This document shows positions 63,340 to 64,000 of a DNA stretch of 64,000 nt, in pieces (position 1 is the stretch's first letter; every line of letters starts with the position of its first letter). The stretch comes from Eledone cirrhosa (taxonomy: Eukaryota). A program made the position numbers and the translations under genes. Location: contig OZ024747.1 of NCBI GenBank assembly GCA_964016885.1, forward strand, positions 62,868,001 through 62,932,000, written 5' to 3'. The notes below the pieces were generated by a model, which made no database searches, had not been told where the DNA came from, and saw only the letters and a program-made list of their open reading frames with translations.

Positions 63340-64000
63340 ACTACTATTAATTAATATTGCCCCAGGCGATGTCACAGGATCTAGATCTCTGGTCTTATGC
63401 AGTAATACAGAATACGTCTTCACATGTGCAAGGGTTGAAGCATACATCTAGTATGCACCACTTTCTCCTTCCTCTCCCTTATGTTTATCTTCTACATCCT
63501 AACACCCAACCCATCACTAGATAAGTTCCCCACCCCACCATAGATTTACCTTTCCAATCTCCACTCACCATCCTCATCCCAGCCCCCAGATCACACTATA
63601 AAGTGGTAATTTTGGTGCCACAACAAAAAGTGCCTATACTATTGGTGTTTAGTTTAATCTGTTTTAAGTCAACTGCTGAGGGACAATATTCTAGGGAGAA
63701 AGGATAGGATGAAGTGGTTAGTGTGGGGCCCTATAATAGGGAATACAATATGGTTGATGTGAGGAGGTGAGACATCCTGAATGGAGTAGTAGAAAAAGCA
63801 TTATAACCAATGAGATTAACCCTTCCATGACTATATTTCTAATGAAATACACACTATTTTAATTAATTAATGAAGAATTTTGAGGGATTTACTAAAATTA
63901 TTAATTATTTCATTACTAAGATAGTAAATTGATGTAGGGTTCTCATATGAAATTATGATTGCTGAACTGGATGTCATGTTGTGTTCTTGAGCAAGACATT

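Overview
AT-rich, microsatellite-dense animal DNA with no host protein-coding exon I can support. The SINE types and composition suggest a cephalopod (octopus-like) intron or intergenic region; that assignment is inference. Main contents: (1) an apparently intact RTE-clade LINE (1022-aa APE+RT ORF, 48030-51098, minus) with a C4HC3 PHD-type finger inside the RT; (2) a young 5'-truncated L1/Tx1-type LINE with a 16-bp TSD (52721-54665); (3) two abundant tRNA-derived SINE families, one sharing both 5'-UTR and 3'-end sequence with the RTE; (4) piggyBac-type TTAA MITEs, a mariner end, and decayed RTE and Penelope (GIY-YIG) remnants; (5) several mini/satellites. The most interesting signal is a set of sequence-unrelated, non-coding elements, mostly in or beside (TA)n tracts, that carry type I hammerhead ribozyme motifs. 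Some are fold-back (inverted-arm) elements with a ribozyme on each strand (8488-9023, 62251-63253, plus decayed relatives). One is a 341-bp circularly permuted ~1.2-mer (61677-62094) and one a solitary copy (13155-13235). All base-pairings were read by eye; no folding program or database search was run.
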